NCBI GenBank assembly: GCA_964597575.1
Contig: CAZQXB010000001.1
Location: 128,964 to 192,963, forward strand
Origin: an uncultured Gammaproteobacteria bacterium
GTDB taxonomy: Bacteria > Patescibacteriota > Patescibacteriia > Magasanikbacterales > UBA922
Direction: 5' to 3'
Length of the DNA stretch: 64,000 bases
The notes under the pieces were generated by a model. The model was not told the DNA's origin, ran no database searches, and saw only the letters and a program-made list of their open reading frames with translations. Shown here one piece after another: positions 26,254 to 35,914 of this stretch (position 1 is the first letter of the stretch; the number at the start of each line of letters is the position of its first letter). The translations under genes and the position numbers were made by a program.

Positions 26254-27558
26254 TTATCCAACAACAATGTTGATCGCCTTCTCTACTCGCCGAATATCGG
26301 CGAGTAGTTTTTGTTTTTCTTTGTGAAAAAGGATGATATCGAACACACTGCTCCCGCCGTGTTTGGCAAAGCGGCAAAATTCCCCTATTTTTTTATGCGG
26401 CGCGATCGATTGGAAAGAACTCAGTTTTTGAATTTTTTTCAGACCTTGAATACTGGTGAGCTTTCCTTCTTTTTTAGCAAAAAATTTCATGGCAATGCTA
26501 TACCCTTTTATTTTTTTGGAAATGACCGGTTTCTCGCCCATACGAACGAGGATATCGTTCATGGTATGGTTAATTCCGTAGGACTTTTCATAAAGACTAT
26601 GACGAAATCCACCTATTCTTGCCCCAAGTTCAATCACTTTCCAGCCCGCTTCGGTTTTTAGAAGCTCTACATGGGCAACCGTCGAGCGAAGAGCAAGAGC
26701 ATAAATTGCTTCCTTGGCTACACTTTCTCCTTCAAGAACGCTTTTTTTTGAAAGACGGGTGGGCGTCATTTGTTTATAGCCAAAAAAGTCTTCAAACCCA
26801 ATAGATCGACCGGTCGTCACATGAACCATGGGGCAGAAATAAACCTTACCCCGGGCAGAAACGTAGGCATCAACCGAGTACATGTCTCCTTCAATAAACT
26901 GTTCAACTAAAACCTTTGGCTCCCAGTTTCCATCGGTTTTTTTGTACACACTTTTGATATGACGAAATACATGCCTGAGTGTTTTGGCTAATTCCTCCTT
27001 ATGGAAACAGAGGGTCACTAAGCGGCTTGCAGCCAGACCGGTTGGCTTCACCATAAGGGGGAAGCCAACTTTTTCCCCGATTTTTTTTAGTGATGCGTCA
27101 GAGGTGTCTTTGACAACCGTGTATTTGGGAGCGATTTTAGGGTTGTGTATACGCATGCGTCGTCGCATGAGAAGTTTATCTGATGACCAGAGAAGGGATT
27201 CGCTCGTTGGGGTGCGTAAATAAGGGACGTGGGGGATTATTTGAGATAAGAGAGGGATGTAATTTTCCCCCCGACAAGTGATAGCCACCAGTTCTCTTTC
27301 GTACGGAAGAAGTGCTTTTTGGATTGCACTTGGAGAAGAAGTGTCTACTCGAAGAACCAGATCAATTGTTTTAATTGATTCTTCTTCTTTCTGGTTAAAA
27401 GTATCTTTGTTATCTCGAAGAAGCGCAATGCGCATAGGCCGGCGTTGCTCCTTTGACCAAGTGCGAACAGCCTCAATCATCTGAGGAAATACTTTCCCTA
27501 CAAAGAGGATAATATTTTTGTCTTTTTCTGAGCCTAAAGAAGGGGATGTCTTCTTCAT
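26254..27558 (-). CDS. ATP-grasp domain protein (carboxylate-amine ligase-like), hypothetical function
   Basis: The central and C-terminal regions resemble the ATP-grasp fold (…VDAYVSARGKVYFCPMV…IELGARIGGF…). Confidence 0.45.
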   Translation of the reverse strand: MKKTSPSLGSEKDKNIILFVGKVFPQMIEAVRTWSKEQRRPMRIALLRDNKDTFNQKEEESIKTIDLVLRVDTSSPSAIQKALLPYERELVAITCRGENYIPLLSQIIPHVPYLRTPTSESLLWSSDKLLMRRRMRIHNPKIAPKYTVVKDTSDASLKKIGEKVGFPLMVKPTGLAASRLVTLCFHKEELAKTLRHVFRHIKSVYKKTDGNWEPKVLVEQFIEGDMYSVDAYVSARGKVYFCPMVHVTTGRSIGFEDFFGYKQMTPTRLSKKSVLEGESVAKEAIYALALRSTVAHVELLKTEAGWKVIELGARIGGFRHSLYEKSYGINHTMNDILVRMGEKPVISKKIKGYSIAMKFFAKKEGKLTSIQGLKKIQKLSSFQSIAPHKKIGEFCRFAKHGGSSVFDIILFHKEKQKLLADIRRVEKAINIVVG

Positions 27559-27608
27559 AAGAAAGAAAAGAATCGTGGGGTAGAGAGTAGCCTAAAAGAA
27601 GAAAACTG

Positions 27609-27896
27609 TCAACGCCGTTCCTCAGTTTTTTTAAGCCAGCCAAAATGGATTTCTACGGCTTCAATAAGAGAGCCTAAAGCCACCACCCCAAAGGTAAAGG
27701 AGAGAAAGTAGTTTGGAATAAGAAGGGTATAGGAAAGAAGCAGCAGCGCTCCGACAGCACGCATAATATCGGAGCGGTATTCAGTTTCAATAAAGATACT
27801 GTAGACCAAAAGAATGGTGCCGAGCATGCCGCCCACATACATATATACTTCCATCGCAGTCGTCGGAAGGGAAGGAAGAAGTGTTTCGAGAAACAT
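27609..27896 (-). CDS. small membrane protein (hypothetical)
   Basis: 95 aa with three predicted TM helices. It is preferred over the overlapping 27674..27946 frame, which is not protein-like. Confidence 0.35.
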   Translation of the reverse strand: MFLETLLPSLPTTAMEVYMYVGGMLGTILLVYSIFIETEYRSDIMRAVGALLLLSYTLLIPNYFLSFTFGVVALGSLIEAVEIHFGWLKKTEERR

Positions 27897-27949
27897 ACTC
27901 GTGATACTAAAGTGAAAGAAGGCTTCGAGTGAAGACTCTTTCTCAAAAA

Positions 27950-28915
27950 TTACATCGGTTTCCAGCGATTGATATAGTCGATAGCTGAAAGCATGGCAAT
28001 AACGCCAGTGCCGGCAGCAATGACAATTTGTTTGTAGGGAACAGAGCTTACGTCGCCAGCTGCATAGATACCCGGGATATTCGTTTCACAGCGGAGATTG
28101 ATCTCAATTTCGCCCTGAGGGTTTTTCGTGAGCCCATTCGCAAACGAGCTGTTCGGGATCATGCCCACATGAACCATAACTCCATTTGTGGTAATTTCTT
28201 TTGCTTCCCCGGTTACGGTGTCTTTGTAGCGAACCGCGGTGACGAAATCACTTCCTAAAATATCCGTGGTTTCTGCACTGTAAATAATTGTCACATTTTG
28301 ACGCTCTTTTATCTTTTTAACTAAAATCGTCTCTCCTTTTGGAAAGCCTCCCTTCGTCTCTTCGGTGTCGGGGTATTTGGTAATAAGGTAGACCTGTTTG
28401 GCAAGATCGCTCATCATGAGTGCTGATTCCAACGCCGAATTCCCAGCGCCAATAGTAGTTGTAATCTTGTTACGGTAAAGTGGTCCGTCGCATACGGTAC
28501 AGTAGGTGACCCCCTTACCCTTCAAGTCTTTTTCTCCCGGAACTCCAAGTTCGCGAGGGTGAATCCCACTGCCGATGACAATGGTTTTGGTGCGATAGAG
28601 TGCCTCTTCTCCGTTATCCTTCTTCGTCTTTAAAATATGAATATTTCCTTCTTGAAGGATTTCTGTCACATACACTCCGTTATGAATTGGTACATTATAC
28701 GATTCAACGTGTTTGTGAAATTGGGCCGCCAACTCAACCCCAGTGGTATGAATTGTTCCTGGCCAATTATCAACGTCCCCTGAAAGCGCAACTTCGCCAC
28801 CAATATCTTTTGTGACAATCACAGCATTCAACCCGCGTCGGGCAGCGTACACGGCGGCTGCAGAGCCTACGGCAGCGGCGCCAATAATAACAACATCGTA
28901 GAGCGTATCATTCAT
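27950..28915 (-). CDS. trxB: thioredoxin-disulfide reductase
   Basis: FAD motif VVIIGAAAVGSAAAVYAARRG, redox-active CTVCDG, and NADPH motif GAGNSALESA. Confidence 0.9.
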   Translation of the reverse strand: MNDTLYDVVIIGAAAVGSAAAVYAARRGLNAVIVTKDIGGEVALSGDVDNWPGTIHTTGVELAAQFHKHVESYNVPIHNGVYVTEILQEGNIHILKTKKDNGEEALYRTKTIVIGSGIHPRELGVPGEKDLKGKGVTYCTVCDGPLYRNKITTTIGAGNSALESALMMSDLAKQVYLITKYPDTEETKGGFPKGETILVKKIKERQNVTIIYSAETTDILGSDFVTAVRYKDTVTGEAKEITTNGVMVHVGMIPNSSFANGLTKNPQGEIEINLRCETNIPGIYAAGDVSSVPYKQIVIAAGTGVIAMLSAIDYINRWKPM

Positions 28916-28969
28916 ATAATGAGAATAGTCGTTCTATGGTAGCAAGTGAAAAAATACCGGTCAAGAATT

Positions 28970-29617
28970 TTACCCCAAAAGAGCACGCAGGTTCTTCATA
29001 TTCTCTTCTGGACGCAAATCATTTTTAAAAATTGCACTGCCAGGGCACACGGCCGATACGCCAGCGCCTGCGAGGGTAGGAAGAGTTTTTTCATTGACCC
29101 CGCCATCAACTGCAATGCGAAGCGACGGATGCATTTGGCGAAGTGCCCGCACTCGTTCAATAGTTTCATCCACGAATGGCTGGCCTTGTAAGCCTGGGGT
29201 AACACCCATGAGCATGACTCCAGAAATGTGTGACAGAAGAGGTTCTATGACTGAAAGAGGGGTGTCTGGTTTAAGAACAATGTGAACAGGAAGACCAAAA
29301 TCTTTGGCCCGAGTAAGTTCGGTGACCGGGTCAACCAAAGATTCCACATGAAGTAAAACCCGTACTAAGCGTTTTGTTTTTACCCATACTTCAAGATCAC
29401 GCACAGGGTTCGCAGTCATGAAATGAAGCTCCACATCTGTGGTTCGAAGCAGGGCCATAGCTTCGGTGGGGTGTTCATAGGCCCAGGTAGGCTGTGGAAC
29501 AAAAACACCGTCAGCAAGGTCAATTTGAACGGTTTGGGCGACACCTTTAATTCCTTCAATACAGAGAGTAAAAAAAAGCTTATCGCTCGCAAGAATTGAG
29601 GGGATAATTTCGACCAT
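28970..29617 (-). CDS. rpe: ribulose-phosphate 3-epimerase
   Basis: TIM-barrel Rpe motifs are present (IIPSILASD…DLADGVFVP…HVMLMGVTPGLQGQ…VDGGVN). Confidence 0.85.
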   Translation of the reverse strand: MVEIIPSILASDKLFFTLCIEGIKGVAQTVQIDLADGVFVPQPTWAYEHPTEAMALLRTTDVELHFMTANPVRDLEVWVKTKRLVRVLLHVESLVDPVTELTRAKDFGLPVHIVLKPDTPLSVIEPLLSHISGVMLMGVTPGLQGQPFVDETIERVRALRQMHPSLRIAVDGGVNEKTLPTLAGAGVSAVCPGSAIFKNDLRPEENMKNLRALLG

Positions 29618-29620
29618 ACG

Positions 29621-30064
29621 CTACGAGAGAAGGGATTCCACCTTTTTAAGGCGTCTTTTGTGCCGTTCTTCGTTTGAAAACGAAGCTGCCAGCCAGTGTT
29701 TTACAACCGCGATGGCATGGTCTTCGGACCCTAATTTTGCCGCTAAACACAGCACGTTGGTGTTATCGTCAGTCTTCATGGTTTCGGCGGCCATAATGTT
29801 ATAACCAAGACCTGCTCGAACACCAGCTACCTTGTTCGCGACCATACACACCCCAACACCATTCTGGCAGATAAGAATTCCAAGGGCTTTCGGGTCAGCA
29901 GCGACTTTTTTTGCAAGGGGAATGGCGTAATCCGGGTAATCATCGTCTTCCTTGTATTCGGCTGGACCAAGGTCCGCTACTTCAGTTTTTTGCTCGTTCT
30001 CAAAAAAGCGAAGAAGGCGTTTTTTCAGGTGATAGCCGGCGTGATCAGAAGCAATATAGAGCAT
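29621..30064 (-). CDS. rpiB: ribose-5-phosphate isomerase B
   Basis: RpiB/LacAB motifs are present (IASDHAGYHLK…GILICQNGVGVCMVANKVAGVRA). The gene is adjacent to rpe. Confidence 0.85.
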   Translation of the reverse strand: MLYIASDHAGYHLKKRLLRFFENEQKTEVADLGPAEYKEDDDYPDYAIPLAKKVAADPKALGILICQNGVGVCMVANKVAGVRAGLGYNIMAAETMKTDDNTNVLCLAAKLGSEDHAIAVVKHWLAASFSNEERHKRRLKKVESLLS

Positions 30065-30145
30065 AGGAAATCATAAAGGAAACACCTTTTTAGTATAGCA
30101 AGGAGTGTTTGGGAAAACAAAGGGGGGAGATTTTCGCAGAAACGA

Positions 30146-30174
30146 TTGACAAAATCGTTTTTTTCGACTATAAA
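30146..30174 (+). promoter_or_regulatory. sigma70-like promoter TTGACA-17-TATAAA
   Basis: Exact -35, a 17-nt spacer and an A/T-rich -10. The RBS AAGGAG lies 9 nt before the ATG at 30198. Confidence 0.5.
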
Positions 30175-30197
30175 AATGAAGAAGGAGAAACGGAAAA

Positions 30198-30500
30198 ATG
30201 GCCGAAGAATCAATAACCAGAAAAAGAATCACAGTGCTCGATAGTTTCGCACGCGCTATCCGCCCTGCTTCAGGAGCAAAGGAGCTCACCCGTGAGCAAG
30301 CAGGTCTGAAGGAGGCGCTGCAGAATCTCATCGTCCGGAGTAGTAGGGATACCGGGTTGTTCAGGAATCTGTTCATGCCCGGTTTTCTCGAGGTACTCTT
30401 GAAGGTGAGAGATGATGTGCAGCATGGGGCTGAGCCAGCGCCGGTGGAGACGCCTGCGGCAGTGCGGCAGAACGACGGTGAGGTCGATAGCGGCCGCTAG
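30198..30500 (+). CDS. GC-rich ORFan (100 aa), hypothetical
   Basis: It has its own promoter, a strong Shine-Dalgarno sequence and its own terminator. Its codon usage and GC content are clearly higher than those of neighbouring genes. Confidence 0.45.
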   Translation: MAEESITRKRITVLDSFARAIRPASGAKELTREQAGLKEALQNLIVRSSRDTGLFRNLFMPGFLEVLLKVRDDVQHGAEPAPVETPAAVRQNDGEVDSGR

Positions 30501-30521
30501 TACGCGAACATCAGCTCGAAT

Positions 30522-30562
30522 GCCGGCCAGGGTTCATCCTCTGGCCGGCGTCTCTCTTTTTC
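30522..30562 (+). terminator. intrinsic terminator
   Basis: Stem GCCGGCCAG / CTGGCCGGC with a 10-nt loop, followed by GTCTCTCTTTTTCTT. Confidence 0.65.
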
Positions 30563-30804
30563 TTGACAGCACACCCATTCTCTCGTACAGTACCTCTATT
30601 CATGTACGCATTTGTACGCTCTGCTATCAACAGAGTCCCGTAGGGAATGGAGAGAAAGAAATCCCCTCAAAAGGAGAGTAAAATCTCTCGGGTCGGCCCG
30701 TTATAGCCTTAAAGTAAGTGTCTTTGTCCCAAGCAAAGAAAGTGAGATGGTACCATCCCGTAAACAGGGATTCTCGCACGACCAACGTGTTTTTTTGTTT
30801 TTTT
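30563..30804 (+). promoter_or_regulatory. ileS leader: promoter (TTGACA-17-TACAGT) plus T-box-like antiterminator element
   Basis: An untranslated leader of about 240 nt. At 30744-30775 the sequence is GAGA|UGGUACC|AUCCC-guaaaca-GGGAU|UCUC. This reads as helix A1, a 7-nt UGGNACC bulge and helix A2. A small hairpin plus a U-run lies immediately before the ATG. Confidence 0.5.
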
Positions 30805-33729
30805 ATGCCCTATAACGCGAACGAAGAAGAGAAAAAAGTCCAAAAATTTTGGGAAGAAAAGCAGATTTTTGAAAAATCCGTTTCTTTGCGACCAGAAAAC
30901 AAACCCTATACGTTTTACGATGGTCCACCATTTGCAACCGGATTGCCCCACTATGGGCATATTTCTGTAAGTGTTATTAAAGATATTGTCGGTCGGTATT
31001 TTTCCATGAAAGGATATCGAGTAGAGCGTCGTTGGGGTTGGGATTGCCACGGACTCCCAATTGAAAACCTTGTAGAAAAAGAAAAAGGTTTTTCGGGTCG
31101 GCCAGACATTTTGGCGTATGGAGTCGACAAATTTAACGAAGCCTGCCGCGACACTGTTTTGCGCTACCGCGAAGAGTGGAAATTGACCATCAAGCGTATG
31201 GGTCGTTTTGTCGACATGGAAAATGACTACAAAACCATGGACACGCCCTTTATGGAGAGTGTCTGGTGGGTATTTTCTGAGCTATATAAAAAAGGGCTTA
31301 TCTATGAAGGGCATAAAGCCATGCATATTTGTCCGCATTGCGTGACCCCACTTTCTAATTTTGAAGTGACCGACGGTTATAAGGATGTCAAAGATATTTC
31401 AGTATATGCGTCGTTTAAGTTAAAGAATCCAGAAAAGGTTTTGGCAGTAACAGGTGATGTGTATGCGATTGCCTGGACAACGACACCGTGGACATTGCCG
31501 GGAAATGTGGCCTTAGCCGTAAACAAAGAAGTGGTATACGTGGTTGTGAGTATTGAGGGCGATGAAAAGAAATATCTTTTAGCGAAAGAATTGGTCAATG
31601 CGGTTATCGATAACAAGGTGTACCAAGTACTTGAAGAGGTGACGGGGGCAGCACTTCAGGGCGTAGAGTATGAACCACTTTTTCCTTATTTTAAGGATAC
31701 CGAAAATGCATTTCGTATTGTCGCTGCTGATTTTGTCTCAACCGAAAGTGGCGCTGGAATTGTACATATCGCACCAGCGTTCGGTGAAGACGATTATAAT
31801 TTGGGAAAGCGTGAAAAAATACCTCTTGTGCAACATGTTGGAATGGACGGAAAGTTTACCAAAGACGTGACCGATTTCGTAGGGATTGATGTGAAGCCAA
31901 AAGATGACCCTACGGCGACCGATGTTCTTGTTATTAAATGGCTGGCCGGGAAAGGACAGTTATTTGCAAAGAAAAAAATTGAACATAGTTATCCACATTG
32001 TTGGCGCTGTGATACCCCGCTTTTGAATTATGCCACCTCAAGTTGGTTTGTGAAGGTGGAACACATGAAAAAGCAGCTTCTTGAAAATAATCAAAAAACA
32101 TCATGGGTTCCGAATCACATGCGCGATGGCCGATTTGGGAACTGGCTTGAAGGGGCTCATGATTGGGCAATTTCTCGAAACCGATTTTGGGGAACGCCAC
32201 TCCCTGTTTGGAAAAGTGAGGACGGGGAAGTGCTTTGCGTAGGTTCGGTTAAAGAATTGGAAACACTGACAGGAAAAACAGTAACTGATCTTCATAAACA
32301 CATTGTGGACGATTTGGTGATCGAGAAGAACGGAAAAACATTTAAAAGAATTCCTGAAGTGCTCGACTGTTGGTTTGAGTCAGGTTCAATGCCATACGGG
32401 CAAATGCATTACCCGTTTGAAAATAAGGAAAAATTTGAAGCAGGATTTCCAGCGAATTTTATTGGTGAAGCTCAAGATCAAACTCGTGGTTGGTTCTACA
32501 CCTTGCATGTGCTCGCTACGGCGCTCACACTTGGTGATAAGCCGTCTATTCCTGTGCGTGAGTCGGTTCCAGCGTTTCAAAATGTGATTGTGAACGGAAT
32601 CGTGCTTGCAGAAGACGGAAAAAAGATGAGTAAAAAGTTAAAAAATTATCCTGATCCGAATGAAATTATTGCTAAATACGGAGTTGATGCAGTCCGCTAT
32701 TATTTAGCAGTCTCACCGGTGATGCATGCAGAAAATTTGAATTTTTCCGAAGCCGGAGTACGAGAGGTATATAACAAAATCGTAAACACGCTTGCAAACG
32801 TGCTCGTATTTTACGAATCATTTGCCGAAGATGCCAAAGAATCTTCGAAGCCAAGTCTACATGTGCTTGATATTTGGATTCATGCCAAACTTCGCGAGTG
32901 TGTTCGTGAGGTGTCTCGTGGGCTTGAAAGTTATGCTCTTGCAGAAGCCGCTCGGCCAATCGGTGCGTTCGTTGATGTACTTTCAACCTGGTGGTTGCGT
33001 CGTAGCCGTGATCGTTTTAAGGGAGAGGACGAAGCAGATAAGCAGCACGCACTTTTAACACTCAAATCGATTCTCCAAGAATTCTCTAAAGTGTTAGCTC
33101 CTTTTGCTCCGTTTATGGCAGAGGTGTTGTATCAAAAAACAAACGGTGCCATGGAAAGTGTTCATTTGGAATTATGGCCTTCTGTTTTAGAGAATGAGAC
33201 GGCTGAGGTTCAGAAAGTGATCGATACAATGAGTCAGACCCGTATTTTGGTCGAATTAGGGCTTTCCCTTCGAGCTGAGGAAGCCGTAAAAGTGCGTCAG
33301 GTGCTTCAAAGTGTTGCCACGACTCCAGAATTGCCGTCAGAATTCGCCGCGATTCTTCTTGAAGAATTGAACGTGAAAGAAATGAAAAAGATCGACGACA
33401 TGCGTGAGCATTCTTCTTCCTGGAAGGAAAAAGAAGGGGAGGGTTGTCGTGTCATTCTCGATACTGAAATAACAGAAGCACTTCGTATTGAAGGATTTCT
33501 TCGTGATCTCATTCGTACAATTAATCAAAAAAGAAAAGAAATGAAATTAACGCGAGAAACCGCGATTCATTTGGGGATTACCGGGGGCGAGATGACAAAA
33601 AAGGTTGTGTCTCAATATGCAGAGGAACTCATGCGTCAAGTTATCGCAAAAGAAATACAAGACGCCGTGGACGAAGACACTGTTGATGTGGCCGGGGAGT
33701 CTGTGAAAATACATATTCAGGCCGTGTAG
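30805..33729 (+). CDS. ileS: isoleucine--tRNA ligase
   Basis: HIGH-region PHYGH, KMSKS-type KMSKKL, editing domain and C-terminal domain are present. The start is set at MPYNANEEE. Confidence 0.95.
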   Translation: MPYNANEEEKKVQKFWEEKQIFEKSVSLRPENKPYTFYDGPPFATGLPHYGHISVSVIKDIVGRYFSMKGYRVERRWGWDCHGLPIENLVEKEKGFSGRPDILAYGVDKFNEACRDTVLRYREEWKLTIKRMGRFVDMENDYKTMDTPFMESVWWVFSELYKKGLIYEGHKAMHICPHCVTPLSNFEVTDGYKDVKDISVYASFKLKNPEKVLAVTGDVYAIAWTTTPWTLPGNVALAVNKEVVYVVVSIEGDEKKYLLAKELVNAVIDNKVYQVLEEVTGAALQGVEYEPLFPYFKDTENAFRIVAADFVSTESGAGIVHIAPAFGEDDYNLGKREKIPLVQHVGMDGKFTKDVTDFVGIDVKPKDDPTATDVLVIKWLAGKGQLFAKKKIEHSYPHCWRCDTPLLNYATSSWFVKVEHMKKQLLENNQKTSWVPNHMRDGRFGNWLEGAHDWAISRNRFWGTPLPVWKSEDGEVLCVGSVKELETLTGKTVTDLHKHIVDDLVIEKNGKTFKRIPEVLDCWFESGSMPYGQMHYPFENKEKFEAGFPANFIGEAQDQTRGWFYTLHVLATALTLGDKPSIPVRESVPAFQNVIVNGIVLAEDGKKMSKKLKNYPDPNEIIAKYGVDAVRYYLAVSPVMHAENLNFSEAGVREVYNKIVNTLANVLVFYESFAEDAKESSKPSLHVLDIWIHAKLRECVREVSRGLESYALAEAARPIGAFVDVLSTWWLRRSRDRFKGEDEADKQHALLTLKSILQEFSKVLAPFAPFMAEVLYQKTNGAMESVHLELWPSVLENETAEVQKVIDTMSQTRILVELGLSLRAEEAVKVRQVLQSVATTPELPSEFAAILLEELNVKEMKKIDDMREHSSSWKEKEGEGCRVILDTEITEALRIEGFLRDLIRTINQKRKEMKLTRETAIHLGITGGEMTKKVVSQYAEELMRQVIAKEIQDAVDEDTVDVAGESVKIHIQAV

Positions 33730-33753
33730 TTTCGCACGGGTACTTTACTTATA

Positions 33754-33791
33754 CAAGACGCACGAAAAGAGTACGTCTTGTGTTTTTGTTT
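33754..33791 (+). terminator. intrinsic terminator after ileS
   Basis: Stem CAAGACG / CGTCTTG followed by TGTTTTTGTTT. Confidence 0.55.
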
Positions 33792-33860
33792 ACCTTGACA
33801 AAAGCCACTTTTTACGGTACGGTTAATTTCGCCAAATTTACTGGTACAACAGGAGGAACA

Positions 33861-34454
33861 ATGAGCAGTCTGCTCGTATCGCGTGTGGGACTTCAGCGCG
33901 GGTTCTGCGGAAAACCTATCTATTCGCTGAATAGTGGTGCTACGATGCGTGCCTTGTGCCATTTGAAATATAAGTCGAAGGGTGTTGCTGTCGAAATTTG
34001 TAGGGATAGCTGCGGTGAGGGGCTTGTGAGTGTTTCTGCGGTTCCTGGAATGTGGCTCCCTCTTCTTTCCCCGTGGTTTGTCCTTTTCTCGAGAATTACC
34101 TGGCACAGTCCAGCTCAGGGAGTACCTTCTTCTTGGGGTATGAAAGAGGTGCTTGGATTTACCGAAATGCACCTGCGGTGGATGGCCACCTCGAGGGTGC
34201 CGGGGGAGATAAGTTCTCGGAGAGCCGATTTATCGACAGGCGTAGGGGCGACGGTTTTTCTCCGCCTTCTGCGCTGTGATCCGGAACTCATGATCACCCG
34301 TGAGATTCTTGATCCCTTCTGCGATGTCTGGTCTGATTACCTTGACAGGTATAATGGGCAGTGTATCGATGGCCTCCTTGAACGGGTTCGCGGGAAGATA
34401 GAGAGGTCCTTCTCGTTGCCAACCGCTACTTCAGGCCGCGTGAATTCGGAGTGA
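33861..34454 (+). CDS. GC-rich ORFan, hypothetical protein
   Basis: The Shine-Dalgarno sequence AGGAGG lies 5 nt before the ATG, and a TTGACA-17-TACGGT promoter lies upstream. GC content is about 55%. Confidence 0.4.
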   Translation: MSSLLVSRVGLQRGFCGKPIYSLNSGATMRALCHLKYKSKGVAVEICRDSCGEGLVSVSAVPGMWLPLLSPWFVLFSRITWHSPAQGVPSSWGMKEVLGFTEMHLRWMATSRVPGEISSRRADLSTGVGATVFLRLLRCDPELMITREILDPFCDVWSDYLDRYNGQCIDGLLERVRGKIERSFSLPTATSGRVNSE

Positions 34455-34605
34455 TCGGAACCAGGGGGGTCCGCTCACTTCTTTTGTTTTACTGCTTTGA
34501 AGTGCATAACTTTTCTTGACAGTGGGTATTTGGAGTGGTGTACTACTGTTGCCCCGCATAATCGTTTTTTACCTACCAAGAAAAAGAAAGTGAAAGAGGT
34601 GAGCC

Positions 34606-35193
34606 ATGAGTGCGTTGGAGCCTCGGCAAAAGAAAATGTGGGAGTTGTCCACGGACGCTGTCTACGGCTACCTGTTCTGCGAAGAGTTTGATCGGGCCGC
34701 ACAGTACTTGGTGAGGTATAGACATCTGGTCAACCTCAAGCTGCGGAAAGTACGGATCTCCAAGAGAGATCAACGAGACGCGGTGGAAGTCAAGGCGTGT
34801 GAAGGGAGGCTACCCTTTCTTACCCCCGTGTACCTCCTGTTCGGAGAGAGCCTGTGGTGTCTTGGAAGAACACCCCTTGTTGCCCCTGTGCGCCAAGAGA
34901 CTCTCATCCTGGCCGGGCTCGACCTTCTTTCATGTTTGCGTGCGCACAAAGACCCCCCTTCGCCGGGCAGCTACTGGCATGATCTGGCAATACAGACGCT
35001 GTACTTCTTCAAGTGCCTCACGGTCGACCTGAGCCGCGTGCCTGAACACCCGATGCATCCTTTCTTGCGCGGATGGCAGCAAGTGTTGGGGAACTGTGAT
35101 GGGGCCGTGAGCGAGGCAATAATCTGGGGTGAACGGTTTTTAGATCGGTCTGTCGAAACAGGTGATCTGAGAGTCGTACCCGAGATTTGGTAG
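34606..35193 (+). CDS. GC-rich ORFan, hypothetical protein
   Basis: The RBS GAGGTG precedes the ATG and an upstream TTGACA motif is present. GC content is about 55%. Confidence 0.4.
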   Translation: MSALEPRQKKMWELSTDAVYGYLFCEEFDRAAQYLVRYRHLVNLKLRKVRISKRDQRDAVEVKACEGRLPFLTPVYLLFGESLWCLGRTPLVAPVRQETLILAGLDLLSCLRAHKDPPSPGSYWHDLAIQTLYFFKCLTVDLSRVPEHPMHPFLRGWQQVLGNCDGAVSEAIIWGERFLDRSVETGDLRVVPEIW

Positions 35194-35333
35194 TGGTTGG
35201 TGGGGGGTTCAGGAAGGGAAGCGTTGCATCGCCTCGTGCAACGTTTTCTTCTTTTTAGGCGTATAGAATGAGAGGTGGATATATGATAAACTAGAATAAA
35301 AGTGAGTGGTCAAGGTTCTACACATCACAACAT

Positions 35334-35909
35334 ATGATCAGTTTGATTTCCGGAAAAATTATAAAAAAAATAAAGCAACAGGTTATTATTTTGACTGCAG
35401 GGGGGGTAGGGTATACCGTCATGGTGAGTCCTAAAACACTTCTCGAACTCCCGATTGGTTCTGAACAGACCCTCGAAACATACCTTAAAGTGAGTGACTC
35501 GTCTCTAGAATTATTCGGCTTTCAGGCTGAGGGAGAACGGTTTTTTTTCGAAGAACTTCTGAGTGTCTCAGGTGTTGGCCCAAAAACTGCGATGAGCATT
35601 CTTTCTTTAGGTTCCATTGATAAAATGAAGCAGGCTATTGCTCGAGGTGATGTAAAATATCTTACTGCAGTTCAGGGTATGGGAAAGAAAACCGCCGAGC
35701 GTCTAGTAGTTGAACTGAAAGGAAAAATGGCCATTCTTGGTGATGGAGATAGTTCTCCTGTGCAAGATGGTGTTATGGGTGAGGTCATTGAGGCACTTTT
35801 CTCTCTTGGATATGATAAAGACGAGGCAAAGCAGGCGGTTGAGCAGATAGAGGGAGAGGGTAGATCAACTGAGGAACTTCTTCGTGAGGCATTAAAAAAT
35901 TTACGGTAA
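35334..35909 (+). CDS. ruvA: Holliday junction branch-migration complex subunit RuvA
   Basis: OB domain, tandem HhH motifs (LLSVSGVGPKTAMSIL…LTAVQGMGKKTAERLVVELK) and a C-terminal domain III are present. Confidence 0.85.
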   Translation: MISLISGKIIKKIKQQVIILTAGGVGYTVMVSPKTLLELPIGSEQTLETYLKVSDSSLELFGFQAEGERFFFEELLSVSGVGPKTAMSILSLGSIDKMKQAIARGDVKYLTAVQGMGKKTAERLVVELKGKMAILGDGDSSPVQDGVMGEVIEALFSLGYDKDEAKQAVEQIEGEGRSTEELLREALKNLR

Positions 35910-35914
35910 TCGTT

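Noticed and set aside
27674-27946. Alternative small ORF overlapping 27609..27896
   Set aside because: It is in a different frame with a non-protein-like translation. The 27609..27896 frame gives clean TM helices.
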